Part shown: positions 54,982 through 64,000 of the stretch, one piece after another
How positions within the stretch are numbered: the first letter of the stretch is position 1
How the letters are laid out: each line of letters begins with the position of its first letter
Source of the DNA: an archaeon
Lineage (GTDB): Archaea > Nanobdellota > Nanobdellia > Woesearchaeales > UBA9642
Direction of reading: 5' to 3'
Length of the DNA: 64,000 bases
NCBI GenBank assembly: GCA_043806035.1
Contig: JAZDHK010000016.1
Span: 2,963-66,962, forward strand
Notes under the pieces: generated by a model
Told to the model about the DNA's origin: nothing
Seen by the model: the letters and a program-made list of their open reading frames with translations, nothing else
Database searches by the model: none
Position numbers and translations under genes: made by a program

Positions 54982-57102
54982 TCAGTATACTCTGACGCTG
55001 ATGTACTTGCTCATCGTGTACACGTATGATGATTCTACGAGGATGGTGTTGATGGCAAAGGGTGTATTTTGTGGCAGCAAGGGATAGTCAAGCGCGTTCT
55101 CCTGCTGGAGCCTACACGTGACGCTTCTGAATTCTTGCATGCCTAGTCCTTCCATTCCTCTCGTGAATTGGTAGCTGTTGAATTCTACAAAGTCGGGATT
55201 GCCATCCTGGTAGCTTTGTGGAGTTGCAGGTCCGAGGTCGCAGCTGCGGAGGATGAGCGGGCGTGGCATGCGGATGATGAATTGCTCTACCCTGCTAAGA
55301 TTTCCTTGCTGCCAATTGTTATCAAGAGTGACACCGAAGATGCCAAGGTTGCCATCATCACCAACTCCGATGGGAAGTTCTCTGCTGATGATGCCAATTT
55401 TTACAGGGCCGTTCGTGAATATGGCCTGGCTTTGTTTGGGAATCTGATATTTTTTATTAACGTCCATGCCTTGGCTCTGGAGGCTGCGCAGGGCCGTTTT
55501 GTCCATAAAATACAATTCGGTATCCGCCCACGTCTCAAACGCGAAGGTTGCTGCGAAGGTGATGGTGTAGCTGCCCGCTTCGAGATGGTCGAACGAACAC
55601 ATGACCGTTTCCTCACCAAACTTTTCGAGCGAAATATCGTCAGGAGGGTCAAGGCGTCCTTCAATTTCTATCTTGCCTTTGCGAGCATAACAGAGTGGAC
55701 GCACGGTGATGTCTTTGTTGAAGCTTTTTCCTTTGATGGTCGCCCAAACGATGACGGGGCTGTCCGCATAGAATTTCGTCGCCGCAGGCCTAAGATTGTC
55801 AATGTACACGCCAAGCTGCTCATTCTCGTTGTCTTCTACTTTGCCGCCATACAATTCCTGGATCATCCGCGACTTGGTCTTGTTATACTCTTGCTTGAGC
55901 GTCTCGGGACTGTGCAAGACGGCAGTCCACACTTTCGTCCATGCCTCTTTTACCATATCTAAGAATACGTTGAGGTCTTGTATGGGGTTGAAGCTCGTGC
56001 TGCCCTGCCCTAAGTTGACATTGAAGCTGAGGTTTGCGATGATGAGCAGGATGACGGCAAGAATGAGCAGGTTGAAGTAGCGTCTCGTCCATTTTTCGAT
56101 GGATGCATTCACTGAGTTCATGCCCAGATAGAATACCCAGATGGGAACGAGGAAGAGCACAACACCAATGAACCAGGGATCGATGAGACCCATGCTGATG
56201 ACGAATGATCTGATGAAGTCAGCGATTGTCGGCAGAAATGCTGCCGCAAGACTTATCCCCAAAAACACCCCTGTCTGCCGGACATCTCGCAGTCCCGTCT
56301 TGAATACCATGAAGCTTGCAATGAACCAGATAACAAGATATATGGCGAGTCGAGTCTTCCACGCTGCGGGGCTGAAGCCATAAATGTAGCCATCGATGAG
56401 GAAGTGGTAAATTGCCACGATAAGCAAAAACCATACTGGTGATTTGCTTCTGATTGCTTCTGCCGTGTTACCGATGCCTCGCTTGATGCCCCCTGCCGTG
56501 GCAAGTGCCCCTGCGCCAACGACAGCTCCTGCCATGAGTGCACCTCGACCCACTTTCCCTGCAACTTTTCCCGTCGCTTCCCTTGCCCCCTGTGTCTTGT
56601 CCCACGCCTTGCCCGCAACATCCTTCGTCTTGTCCCACGCATCGCCCGCCTTTTCTTTCGCATTGCTGGCTTTTTCTTTTGTTTTCTGCCAGGCATTTTT
56701 GAGCTTTTCTGACTTTTTCTCTGCTGCTTGTTGAATTGACTGTTGTTGGTGTTGCTGTTGCGCTACCGATTGCTGCTGAACCAAAGAACCAAGAACCATG
56801 CCTTCAGGTCCCGCCATGCTCAGTGCAGCACCTGCCATTTTTCTTTTTTGTCCTTGCGCTGCGCTTTTTCTCAGTTTCGTTTCTGTCTCTTTGCGCAATT
56901 CAGCAAGTTTTCTTTGTTCATCTGCTTCTTCTTCGCGCCAGCTCTGTGCTTCCTGCAATTCAGCAGTTCTCTCCTTGTGCTCTTCGAGAAAGGCTTCGCG
57001 TGCACTAGAATCATCAAAGTGAGTTGCTGCGGCTTGTTCTATATTTCTTGCACGTTCCATGGCAAGTTCTGCAGAAGTCTTAAGCTGGACATTTGACGGC
57101 AT
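54982..57102 (-). CDS. polytopic membrane protein with N-terminal cytoplasmic coiled coil, K-x-AG-x-AWDKT repeats and a large extracytoplasmic C-terminal domain
   Basis: Acidic/basic heptad N-terminus; repeats KAGDAWDKTKDVAGKAWDKTQGA; Gly/Ala-rich helix; at least 6 TM helices; about 350-aa C-terminal domain. Confidence 0.5.
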   Translation of the reverse strand: MPSNVQLKTSAELAMERARNIEQAAATHFDDSSAREAFLEEHKERTAELQEAQSWREEEADEQRKLAELRKETETKLRKSAAQGQKRKMAGAALSMAGPEGMVLGSLVQQQSVAQQQHQQQSIQQAAEKKSEKLKNAWQKTKEKASNAKEKAGDAWDKTKDVAGKAWDKTQGAREATGKVAGKVGRGALMAGAVVGAGALATAGGIKRGIGNTAEAIRSKSPVWFLLIVAIYHFLIDGYIYGFSPAAWKTRLAIYLVIWFIASFMVFKTGLRDVRQTGVFLGISLAAAFLPTIADFIRSFVISMGLIDPWFIGVVLFLVPIWVFYLGMNSVNASIEKWTRRYFNLLILAVILLIIANLSFNVNLGQGSTSFNPIQDLNVFLDMVKEAWTKVWTAVLHSPETLKQEYNKTKSRMIQELYGGKVEDNENEQLGVYIDNLRPAATKFYADSPVIVWATIKGKSFNKDITVRPLCYARKGKIEIEGRLDPPDDISLEKFGEETVMCSFDHLEAGSYTITFAATFAFETWADTELYFMDKTALRSLQSQGMDVNKKYQIPKQSQAIFTNGPVKIGIISRELPIGVGDDGNLGIFGVTLDNNWQQGNLSRVEQFIIRMPRPLILRSCDLGPATPQSYQDGNPDFVEFNSYQFTRGMEGLGMQEFRSVTCRLQQENALDYPLLPQNTPFAINTILVESSYVYTMSKYISVRVY

Positions 57103-57147
57103 GCTTACCTCTTTTTAGCAATTCTCGAGAAAGGACTATTTAAATGT

Positions 57148-58818
57148 TTAGGCTTTTTTCTTTAACTTAATAGTGATGCTGGCAATCTCGACGGTAGACC
57201 GAGGGATGAGCTCGATGCTGTTGCTGCCGCTGCGCACGTCAGCATCAATGAGCCTTGAGAAGGTTAGCCTGTTCGTGTCAATGCTGAAGCGGTTGCCGTT
57301 GACACTGACATCGAGTTTCTTATCATCGCTTGTCGCAAACTGCACAGTAAAGTTGACATCGTACTTGCTGCCCAAGTATTCTTCCGTGTCGTCCTGCTGT
57401 GCGGGGCAGTTCGGCCTGCCTCCGCCCTCTCGCCTGTATCCTGAAGGGCAGTCGAAGCAGCTCTGACCACTCACGCTTGCTCTGCACGTGTTAGACTGTC
57501 CGGTGAAGGGCACTTCTTTGCACCAGTAATTGTCCTCATTATCTTCGTAACAGCAGTCCTTGTCATAATAGATGGAGCAGCCGCTCGGGCAGGAATCATC
57601 CGTGTCGTCACCACAACGGTCCTCGCACGCATTGGGTGGATTTCCTGATTTTTTTTGGTAACCTGCATCGCATCTGTCACAGTCTTCCTCATAGACGTAG
57701 TCGACGCAACGATCACGTACGTTCTGTGTTGGTGTAGGGCACCAGTACGTGCTTTCTGCATAGCAGCAGTCCGGATCCCGATCTGCTTCGCAGTTTGCTG
57801 GGCAAATGCTGTCTGCCTCACCGCATTGTCCTTGGGCAGAACGGGCACCGAACAAATCTTCGTCCAATGTGAAGTAGTAGACGGGATACGTGAGGTTTTT
57901 GAGGACGGTTTTGATTTGTATTCTGTCAACGAGGAATCTGCCTTCAGTAGCAGTGAATTTTATGGTGTTGTCTCCTTGCTGCAATAATTCCTGGTCGAGT
58001 TCGATGTGGTTGAGTAAGCCGCAATCTGGAACGCCCGAATATATTTGCTTGTCGTTGATGCGTATTTGCAATTGTCCGAGTGTTGTTTGATCGCAGTCAG
58101 GGTAGAAGTACAGCAGTGCCCTGTCGAACTGTTCCTGCTCGAGTTCCGTGAGGGAAAAGTGCTGCTCTGCCTTGCTCCTGCTTCTATCCGTGATGTCAGC
58201 AACGATTTGCACGTTTTCGAGGATGAACTGGTGGCTTCTCCAGAATGCCCATCCAGTGCTGCTTGCTTCGAACGTCAACAAGTTATTGTCCCCGAGAAAT
58301 TCATCAGGAATTGCCAGAGGGGCAGGGTTGCCTTGCACGACTTCGCTGTTGTAGATGTCGTGGTTGTTGATGCGGATAATCAGCCTACCATCAGGGCTTT
58401 TTACGCCAAAAACCAACCGGACATTTGCCGTGTTCGTTAAGTCCGTGCTAAAGGTGATATTGGCCGTCGTCTTACCCAGCCAGGAGTTCTTCACGAAGAG
58501 TGCTGCAATGTTCTTTATGAGTTGCGGTTCTGTTGTGCTCGTGATAGTGAATGAGGGAATGTCGTGCTCTTGCTCAGAAAATCGCAGGTAGTTGAGCTTG
58601 CCAACCTGCTCGTCAAGCAGTGTTGTCGTTGTTGTTTTTCCGGAATCTGGCTCGAGACCAATGCCTGTTCCCGAATTGTCTTTGAGCAGATCGTTGCGTA
58701 CTTCTGGAGGGAGGAACAGCAAGTAGAGAATAACCAATGCCGTGATGATGATGACAACCACGGCAGCACTGCCTCCCGATGTTGGCGCCGCAGCCCCTCT
58801 TTTTCCTGTTCGTGTCAT
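57148..58818 (-). CDS. Cys-rich surface protein with N-terminal signal-anchor (start at MTRTGKRGAAAP...)
   Basis: TM anchor VVVIIITALVILYLLF; C-terminal half with about 30 Cys in repeated CxxxC/DxDxDC modules. Confidence 0.45.
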   Translation of the reverse strand: MTRTGKRGAAAPTSGGSAAVVVIIITALVILYLLFLPPEVRNDLLKDNSGTGIGLEPDSGKTTTTTLLDEQVGKLNYLRFSEQEHDIPSFTITSTTEPQLIKNIAALFVKNSWLGKTTANITFSTDLTNTANVRLVFGVKSPDGRLIIRINNHDIYNSEVVQGNPAPLAIPDEFLGDNNLLTFEASSTGWAFWRSHQFILENVQIVADITDRSRSKAEQHFSLTELEQEQFDRALLYFYPDCDQTTLGQLQIRINDKQIYSGVPDCGLLNHIELDQELLQQGDNTIKFTATEGRFLVDRIQIKTVLKNLTYPVYYFTLDEDLFGARSAQGQCGEADSICPANCEADRDPDCCYAESTYWCPTPTQNVRDRCVDYVYEEDCDRCDAGYQKKSGNPPNACEDRCGDDTDDSCPSGCSIYYDKDCCYEDNEDNYWCKEVPFTGQSNTCRASVSGQSCFDCPSGYRREGGGRPNCPAQQDDTEEYLGSKYDVNFTVQFATSDDKKLDVSVNGNRFSIDTNRLTFSRLIDADVRSGSNSIELIPRSTVEIASITIKLKKKA

Positions 58819-58876
58819 GCTCTTTTTATCGAGCCAACCAATAACCTTTATATATATAAATGTTGTCATTGCTTTT
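58819..58876. promoter_or_regulatory. compact divergent promoter region with alternating TA tract (TTTATATATATAAATG)
   Basis: 58-nt gap between the divergently transcribed surface-protein gene and pelota, containing a TATA-like palindrome. Confidence 0.35.
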
Positions 58877-59911
58877 ATGAGGTTATTGTCGAGAAAAGAG
58901 GGTTCTGTGCGTCTTTTTGTTGAAGACAAAGATGATGTCTGGCAATTGTCGCAGCTCATCGAGCAAGGAGATCACATTCGGGGAAAAGTAGAGCGGAAGG
59001 TAAGCCTGAGTGATAGGACGAGCGAGAAGGCTCGCGTGGAACGGAAGATCTATACGCTCTCTCTGCAAGTAGAAAAAGTGGAATGGACTGATGCCTGCGC
59101 ACGTGTCATCGGCGTTGTTCTTGATGGGAATGATGAGGTTGCTCGCGGCAGCCACCAAGGCATGCAGGTTGAGGAAGGGTCCACGCTGGACTTGGCTAAA
59201 GAGTCGTGGGCCGCATATCAGGAGGAGCGCTTGCGGGAAAGCCTTGCCGAAAAGAAAAACATGCTGCTCGTCATTTTTGACAGAGAAGACGCATTATTTG
59301 TCCTGCTCAAAAAGCAAGGTCATATCGTCCTGAGCAAACTGAAAGGCAGCGTTGCAAAAAAAGCCATGCCCACTGCTGCAAAGAATTTCTATCACGACAT
59401 CAAAGAATTGCTGGAAACCTATGATGCACGATACACGCCAACGAACATCATCTGTGCCAGTCCCGCGTTCTGGAATGAGTACTTGCTGAAGGAATTGCCT
59501 GATGCATTGCGAAAAAAGGCTGTCGGCGTAAACTGCAGCGGGGTTGATGAGCAGAGCATTCCCGAAATCCTGAAAAGCGCTGCGCTGCAACGTGTGCTCG
59601 AGCATGACACCTTGACAAAGGAGCTCAAGCTGCTTGCCGAACTCATGGCAGGCATAGCGCATGATGTGGCAGCATATGGCTTACAAGCTACCGACGAAGC
59701 CATAACCTCTGGCAATGCACGATGCGTTCTCGTGAGCGAGGACTTGCTGAAAAAATACAAGTTGGCAGGCAAGCACAAAGATCTGGAACGATTGCTGCGA
59801 CGCGCAGAGCAGATGAAAGGTCAAGTGCACATCATCACGAACAAGGATGCGTTGCAGCAGCTCAACAAGCTCGGGGGTGTTGCATGTCTCTTGCGCTGGC
59901 AGCACTCATAA
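58877..59911 (+). CDS. pelA: Pelota (Dom34) ribosome-rescue factor; start at MRLLSRKEG
   Basis: N-terminus SVRLFVEDKDDVWQLSQLIEQGDHIRG typical of Pelota; central and eRF1-like C-terminal domains. Confidence 0.9.
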   Translation: MRLLSRKEGSVRLFVEDKDDVWQLSQLIEQGDHIRGKVERKVSLSDRTSEKARVERKIYTLSLQVEKVEWTDACARVIGVVLDGNDEVARGSHQGMQVEEGSTLDLAKESWAAYQEERLRESLAEKKNMLLVIFDREDALFVLLKKQGHIVLSKLKGSVAKKAMPTAAKNFYHDIKELLETYDARYTPTNIICASPAFWNEYLLKELPDALRKKAVGVNCSGVDEQSIPEILKSAALQRVLEHDTLTKELKLLAELMAGIAHDVAAYGLQATDEAITSGNARCVLVSEDLLKKYKLAGKHKDLERLLRRAEQMKGQVHIITNKDALQQLNKLGGVACLLRWQHS

Positions 59912-59919
59912 CGTCAATA

Positions 59920-60705
59920 ATGGAAAAGCGCGAGCTTGCGTCGCTGGATTCATCGTTCATCGCACGCCTGCTGGATGAGCATCTTACGCCGCAAGTACAA
60001 GCTGTTCTCGACAGTGATCTTACGCAAAAGCAAGTGCTGAGGAATGCACAGGTCATCGCTCTTATCAAAGAAGTAAGAAGTATCCTGCATGAGACGTATG
60101 GCATGTTCGTGCTCGAGAAGACAGGGCAGAAAGAGAAATTGCTGGACAAGTATGTCAGACATGAGTTGTCGTTGGATGCACTGGACGCGGCACTGTTGTC
60201 GTTGCATCGTTCCTCGAAGGAGCGACTGCCGTTCTATCCCCGCTTGTATGCCGAGCTCTTCGCCATAATCGGCATGCCAAACTCTGTCGTTGATCTCGCG
60301 GCAGGGATGAATCCGTGCAGTTACGGTTTTCTCGGCTGCTCACCACACTATATTGCCGTCGAGCTTTCCAAAACGCATTGCACATTTCTGAATACGTATT
60401 TTGCACGAACGAAAAGGAATGGTGAGGCACGCGCGCAGGACCTCACGAGAGGCAAAGAACGTATTGTCGGAGATCTTTGTCTGCTCTTCAAGACCGTTGA
60501 CACGTTGGAGAGTCTCGAGCGTGGATCATCCATTCGTGTATTGCAGCGCATTCACGCCAAGCATGTCGTCCTGAGCTTTCCCACGAGGAGTCTGGGAGGG
60601 AAGCGGCTTGCCATCCGTGAGCCGTGGATCCTTAAGCACATCCCGTACAGCGTCGTGGGAATGGTGGAATTGCCGAACGAACGATGTTACGTGCTTACTC
60701 GGTAG
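59920..60705 (+). CDS. hypothetical protein, possible Rossmann-fold methyltransferase-like; start at MEKRELASL just after the pelota stop
   Basis: 261 aa; VVDLAAGMNP resembles SAM motif I; function not assignable. Confidence 0.4.
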   Translation: MEKRELASLDSSFIARLLDEHLTPQVQAVLDSDLTQKQVLRNAQVIALIKEVRSILHETYGMFVLEKTGQKEKLLDKYVRHELSLDALDAALLSLHRSSKERLPFYPRLYAELFAIIGMPNSVVDLAAGMNPCSYGFLGCSPHYIAVELSKTHCTFLNTYFARTKRNGEARAQDLTRGKERIVGDLCLLFKTVDTLESLERGSSIRVLQRIHAKHVVLSFPTRSLGGKRLAIREPWILKHIPYSVVGMVELPNERCYVLTR

Positions 60706-60839
60706 TGCGCAGTGCATTCTTCTCATATGTTGGTAGTAAAAGAAATTGTATCATTAACCAGTAAAAAATCACAAGCTATATAAAGTAGTGAATGCGTAGT
60801 GATGAAAAAGGGGTGATTCCTTACATCGGAGGTAAGACG

Positions 60840-61664
60840 ATGATTATAAAGGAAGAGTTCTTGAGTAAACTAAGGCGCCATTTCGGCCTCAATCTTTACG
60901 AGGTCAAGATATGGACTGCGCTGTTGAGCAGAGGCGTCAGCACCGCAGGAGAATTGAGCGACATCGCCAACGTGCCTCGCAGCAGAAGCTACGACATCCT
61001 CGAGAGTTTGGAGAAAAAAGGCTTCATTGTCATGAAGCTCGGCAAACCAATAAAGTACATTGCCGTTTCTCCCAAGGAAGTCGTCGAGCGCGTGAAGAAG
61101 AATGTGAAGTCTTCAGCGGAAGACAACATCAAGCAGCTCGAGGAGCTGAAGAGCACGGATGTCATCGGGGAATTGAACAACTTGCACACGCAAGGCGTTG
61201 AGCTCGTCGAGCCGACGGACTTGAGTGGTAGCTTGCGCGGCAGGCATAACTTGTACAACCACATCGACCTCACCATCAGAAATGCGGAGTCGACCGTAAT
61301 TATTATGACGACGTCGCAGGGCTTGATGCGTAAAGTTGAGGGGTTAAAGCCTGTTTTTGAGCAGTTGAAGAAGCGCGGTGTGAAGATACGCATTGCCGCA
61401 CCCATAACGAAGGAAACACTGAACGCGGTCAAGGACATTTCGGGAGTTGCCGAAGTAAGGCACACGGTCAGTAAGGCCAGGTTCATTGTTGTGGATGGCA
61501 AGGAGCTTATCTTCATGGTGATGGATGATACAGAAGTGCATCCTACATACGACATCGGCATCTGGGTTAATACGCCCTTCTTCGCCGGCGCACTTGAGGA
61601 GTTGTTTGAGCTCGCATGGAAGGAAATGAAGCCTGCAAAGGCAATGATTCCTGTCAAAAAGTGA
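60840..61664 (+). CDS. TrmB-family transcriptional regulator
   Basis: GGAGGT 8 nt upstream of ATG; N-terminal wHTH LNLYEVKIWTALLSRGVSTAGELSDIANVPRSRSYDILESLEKKGFI; C-terminal TrmB sensor-like domain; TATA box (CTATATAAAG) about 60 nt upstream. Confidence 0.8.
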   Translation: MIIKEEFLSKLRRHFGLNLYEVKIWTALLSRGVSTAGELSDIANVPRSRSYDILESLEKKGFIVMKLGKPIKYIAVSPKEVVERVKKNVKSSAEDNIKQLEELKSTDVIGELNNLHTQGVELVEPTDLSGSLRGRHNLYNHIDLTIRNAESTVIIMTTSQGLMRKVEGLKPVFEQLKKRGVKIRIAAPITKETLNAVKDISGVAEVRHTVSKARFIVVDGKELIFMVMDDTEVHPTYDIGIWVNTPFFAGALEELFELAWKEMKPAKAMIPVKK

Positions 61665-61777
61665 AAAATTAACCACTTTTGAATGAATTTTTTTTCTTTT
61701 TTTCCCTTCAACAACACCAGTTTATTTATAAATACCACCAATAAGTATATATAGGTGTTCCTTGAATACTGGCAGGC

Positions 61778-63301
61778 ATGGGGGGTGTTATTGACCAATT
61801 GCACCAGCTAGAGAGAAAAATTCTGCCGCTCCTGGCTAAGCAGCATTCTTTCACGGATATCGTCAAGGAAAGCGGCCTGAAAGAGGTAGAGGCCAGCAGA
61901 GCAGTACAGTGGCTTCAGAACAAGGAATTGGTAAAGGTGCAGGAAGCGGGCAAGGAGTTCATCATCCTTGACAAGAACGGTGTCATTTACCTCAGGGATG
62001 GCCTTCCTGAAAGGAAAGTGCTCAATGCATTAAAGCAGGCAAAAGGCATTTCCTTGCATGAATTGGCGGGCAAGGCGAAGATTGACAAGAGCGAAATTGC
62101 CATTAGCTTGGGCGTGCTCAAAAAACGGGCTGCCATTGATGTGACGAAAGGCACGGTTAGCCTTACCGTTCCGGGAAGGCAGCTTGCGGATAAGGACTTG
62201 CTGGAAGAGAAATTTCTGAGGAGAAAATTTCCCTGCACACAAAATGACCTCTCTCCAGAGGATAAGTTTGCGTACAATGAACTCATCAAGCGAAAGCAGA
62301 TCATCAAGAAGGACGTGCTGAAGAACAAGACCATAACGCTGACAGAAGCTGGAGAAGAATTGCTCAAGCACAACCTCGATGCGAGCGGCATGCTGGAAGC
62401 CGTCACGATTGACATTATCAAGAACAGGGCATGGAAGGACCAGCAGTTCAGAGCGTACGATGTCAAGACGAACGTGCCCAAGATCACGTATGGCAAGGTG
62501 CATTTCGAGCAGCAGGCCGTCGAGAGCGTCAAGAAGGTTTTTTTGGAGATGGGCTTCACGGAAATGAGAGGGAATATCGTGCAGACTGCATTCTGGAACA
62601 TGGATGCACTGTTTGTCCCCCAAGACCATCCTGCAAGAGAAATGCAGGACACATTCTACCTGAAGAACCCAGAACGGGGGAAGCTGCCCAAGGATGTCGT
62701 GAAGAAAGTGAAGGATGCCCACGAGCGCGGAGGGGATACGGGCAGCACGGGCTGGGGTGGCGAGTGGAAGGAAGAGATAGCCGAGCAGCTCCTGCTCAGG
62801 ACGCACGATACGGTTCTTTCCGCGCATAAGCTGGTGGAGCTCAAAGGCAAGCCTCTGCCCATCAAAGTGTTCAACATCAGCAAGGTGTTCAGGAATGAGA
62901 ATCCTGATTGGAAGCATCTGTTCGAACTCTACCAAGTGGGGGGATTTGTTGTTGATGAGCGAGCAAATTTTTGTCAGCTCATTTTTTATCTGAAGCAATT
63001 CTTCAAGAAGATGGGTTATGATGATATCAAGATAAAGCCGAGCTTCTTCCCGTTTACTGAGCCGAGCATCGAAGTGCTGGGATTCAATAAGGAAAAAAAG
63101 CAATGGGTTGAGTTGGCGGGCGCTGGCATCTTCCGCCCAGAGCTCGTCAAGCCACTGCTGGGAAAAGATGTGCCCGTCCTTGCGTGGGGTTTGGGGCTTG
63201 CGCGCATCATCGCGCCATACTATGGTATTACGGACATTCGTGACCTGTACCGGAACGACATCAAACAACTCAGAGAAATAAAGGCGTGGTTGCAATGCTA
63301 G
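61778..63301 (+). CDS. pheS: phenylalanine--tRNA ligase alpha subunit (archaeal type with N-terminal wHTH repeats)
   Basis: Class II aaRS motifs (FRNE, GAGIFRPE, AWGLGLARI) and an archaeal-type N-terminal extension. Confidence 0.9.
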   Translation: MGGVIDQLHQLERKILPLLAKQHSFTDIVKESGLKEVEASRAVQWLQNKELVKVQEAGKEFIILDKNGVIYLRDGLPERKVLNALKQAKGISLHELAGKAKIDKSEIAISLGVLKKRAAIDVTKGTVSLTVPGRQLADKDLLEEKFLRRKFPCTQNDLSPEDKFAYNELIKRKQIIKKDVLKNKTITLTEAGEELLKHNLDASGMLEAVTIDIIKNRAWKDQQFRAYDVKTNVPKITYGKVHFEQQAVESVKKVFLEMGFTEMRGNIVQTAFWNMDALFVPQDHPAREMQDTFYLKNPERGKLPKDVVKKVKDAHERGGDTGSTGWGGEWKEEIAEQLLLRTHDTVLSAHKLVELKGKPLPIKVFNISKVFRNENPDWKHLFELYQVGGFVVDERANFCQLIFYLKQFFKKMGYDDIKIKPSFFPFTEPSIEVLGFNKEKKQWVELAGAGIFRPELVKPLLGKDVPVLAWGLGLARIIAPYYGITDIRDLYRNDIKQLREIKAWLQC

Positions 63302-63531
63302 AACTGCTCAGACTAAAATATGAGACGCTGGAAAAGATTATGCTGTTCGAGCTTGCGCTCGCATTTGCAGGCGTGCTGCACTTTGCCATAACCTACACTT
63401 TTTTTTCGGAACATCTCATGCGGGCGTTCATCATGGCTATGCTCATGATCCTTGCAGCAGTCATTACATTCATAATAACCTACACGCTGGCCATGCGTGT
63501 GCTGGAGAAGGAAAAACATGCCAACAGTTAA
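63286..63531 (+). CDS. small two-helix membrane protein inserted between pheS and pheT (hypothetical)
   Basis: Overlaps the pheS stop and the pheT start; two hydrophobic helices. Confidence 0.35.
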   Translation: MVAMLELLRLKYETLEKIMLFELALAFAGVLHFAITYTFFSEHLMRAFIMAMLMILAAVITFIITYTLAMRVLEKEKHANS

Positions 63532-64000
63532 GCTTGACAGGAACACCATCTACAAGAAGATAGGGAAGAAACTGAACGATGATCAGCTCTTCGACCGCAT
63601 CAGCTATTTGGGCCAGAGCCTCGAGGATATTCAAAAGGATGAAATCACTGTCGAAATAAACCCGAACAGGCCTGACTTGTTGAGCGAGCAAGGGTTTGCG
63701 AGAGCGCTGGGAAGTTTCATAGGGACAAAAAAAGGACTCAAGAAGTACACGGTCAAAAAGAGCTCAGTCAAGGTCATCATCCACCCTTCAGTCAAGAAAG
63801 TGAGACCGTGTACGGCGTGTGCCATCGTCAAAGGATTGAAACTGAATGATGAGCTCATCAAGGAAATCATTTACTTGCAGGAGAAGCTGCACATCACGTA
63901 TGGCAGGAACAGGAAGAAGACAGCCATAGGCATCTATCCGTTGGAGCACATCTCACCACCCATAACATTCATTGCGAAGAAGCCTCAGGAGATCAAATTC
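63518..64000 (+). CDS. pheT: phenylalanine--tRNA ligase beta subunit, 5' part (continues beyond window)
   Basis: MPTVKLDRNTIYKKIGKKLNDDQLFDRISYLGQSLEDI... matches the archaeal PheT B1 domain. Confidence 0.85.
   Translation, partial: MPTVKLDRNTIYKKIGKKLNDDQLFDRISYLGQSLEDIQKDEITVEINPNRPDLLSEQGFARALGSFIGTKKGLKKYTVKKSSVKVIIHPSVKKVRPCTACAIVKGLKLNDELIKEIIYLQEKLHITYGRNRKKTAIGIYPLEHISPPITFIAKKPQEIKF

Noticed and set aside
56380-56700. Direct nucleotide repeats in the 56.4-56.7 kb region, considered as a possible repeat array or CRISPR-like structure
   Set aside because: The repeats are in-frame codon repeats encoding the K-x-AG-x-AWDKT protein repeats of gene 54982..57102. Units are imperfect and unspaced, and there is no leader or cas gene nearby.
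62030-63295. 421-aa ORF antisense to pheS (and a second 221-aa antisense ORF at 61987..62652)
   Set aside because: The sense frame carries unmistakable class II aaRS motifs. Antisense ORFs of this length arise readily opposite low-stop codon usage, and the antisense protein has no recognisable motif and atypical composition.

Overview
Archaeal chromosomal segment, about 47-48% GC, densely coded with roughly 70 genes and short intergenic gaps. Promoters are AT-rich with TATA-like boxes, and several start codons overlap the neighbouring gene (ATGA or CATG overlaps). The information-processing backbone is clearly archaeal: Topo VI subunit B (carrying a 557-aa LAGLIDADG intein) and subunit A, RadA, RadB, a Methanococcus-type RPA, RFC small subunit, GyrA (no gyrB in the window), NucS/EndoMS, Pelota, PheS and the start of PheT, ribosomal protein S2, NAC-alpha, Sec61-beta (a small ORF missing from the ORF track), MBF1, a TrmB-family regulator, a YbaK deacylase, a PIN-PhoH ATPase, a TRAM protein and an unannotated RNase P RNA gene. 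Between these sit several cell-surface modules. The largest is an approximately 8.4 kb minus-strand operon (26579..35032) encoding a large secreted carboxypeptidase-regulatory-domain protein, a presenilin/SPP-type intramembrane protease, a miniature inorganic-pyrophosphatase-like protein, three pilin-like proteins with class III signal peptides (MKGQ / MKRG), an M15 (VanY-like) D-Ala-D-Ala peptidase and a large Cys-containing secreted protein. A second minus-strand cluster (51001..58818) encodes three paralogous lipobox lipoproteins, a coiled-coil-repeat polytopic membrane protein and a Cys-rich surface protein. Other notable items are a tandem triplication of a small membrane-protein family, a repeated GY-x3-QI helical motif shared by two unlinked proteins, and a SurA-like/parvulin/thioredoxin fusion. 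I saw no CRISPR array, tRNA, rRNA, transposase or IS element. My reading of exact positions in non-track regions may be off by 1-2 nt.
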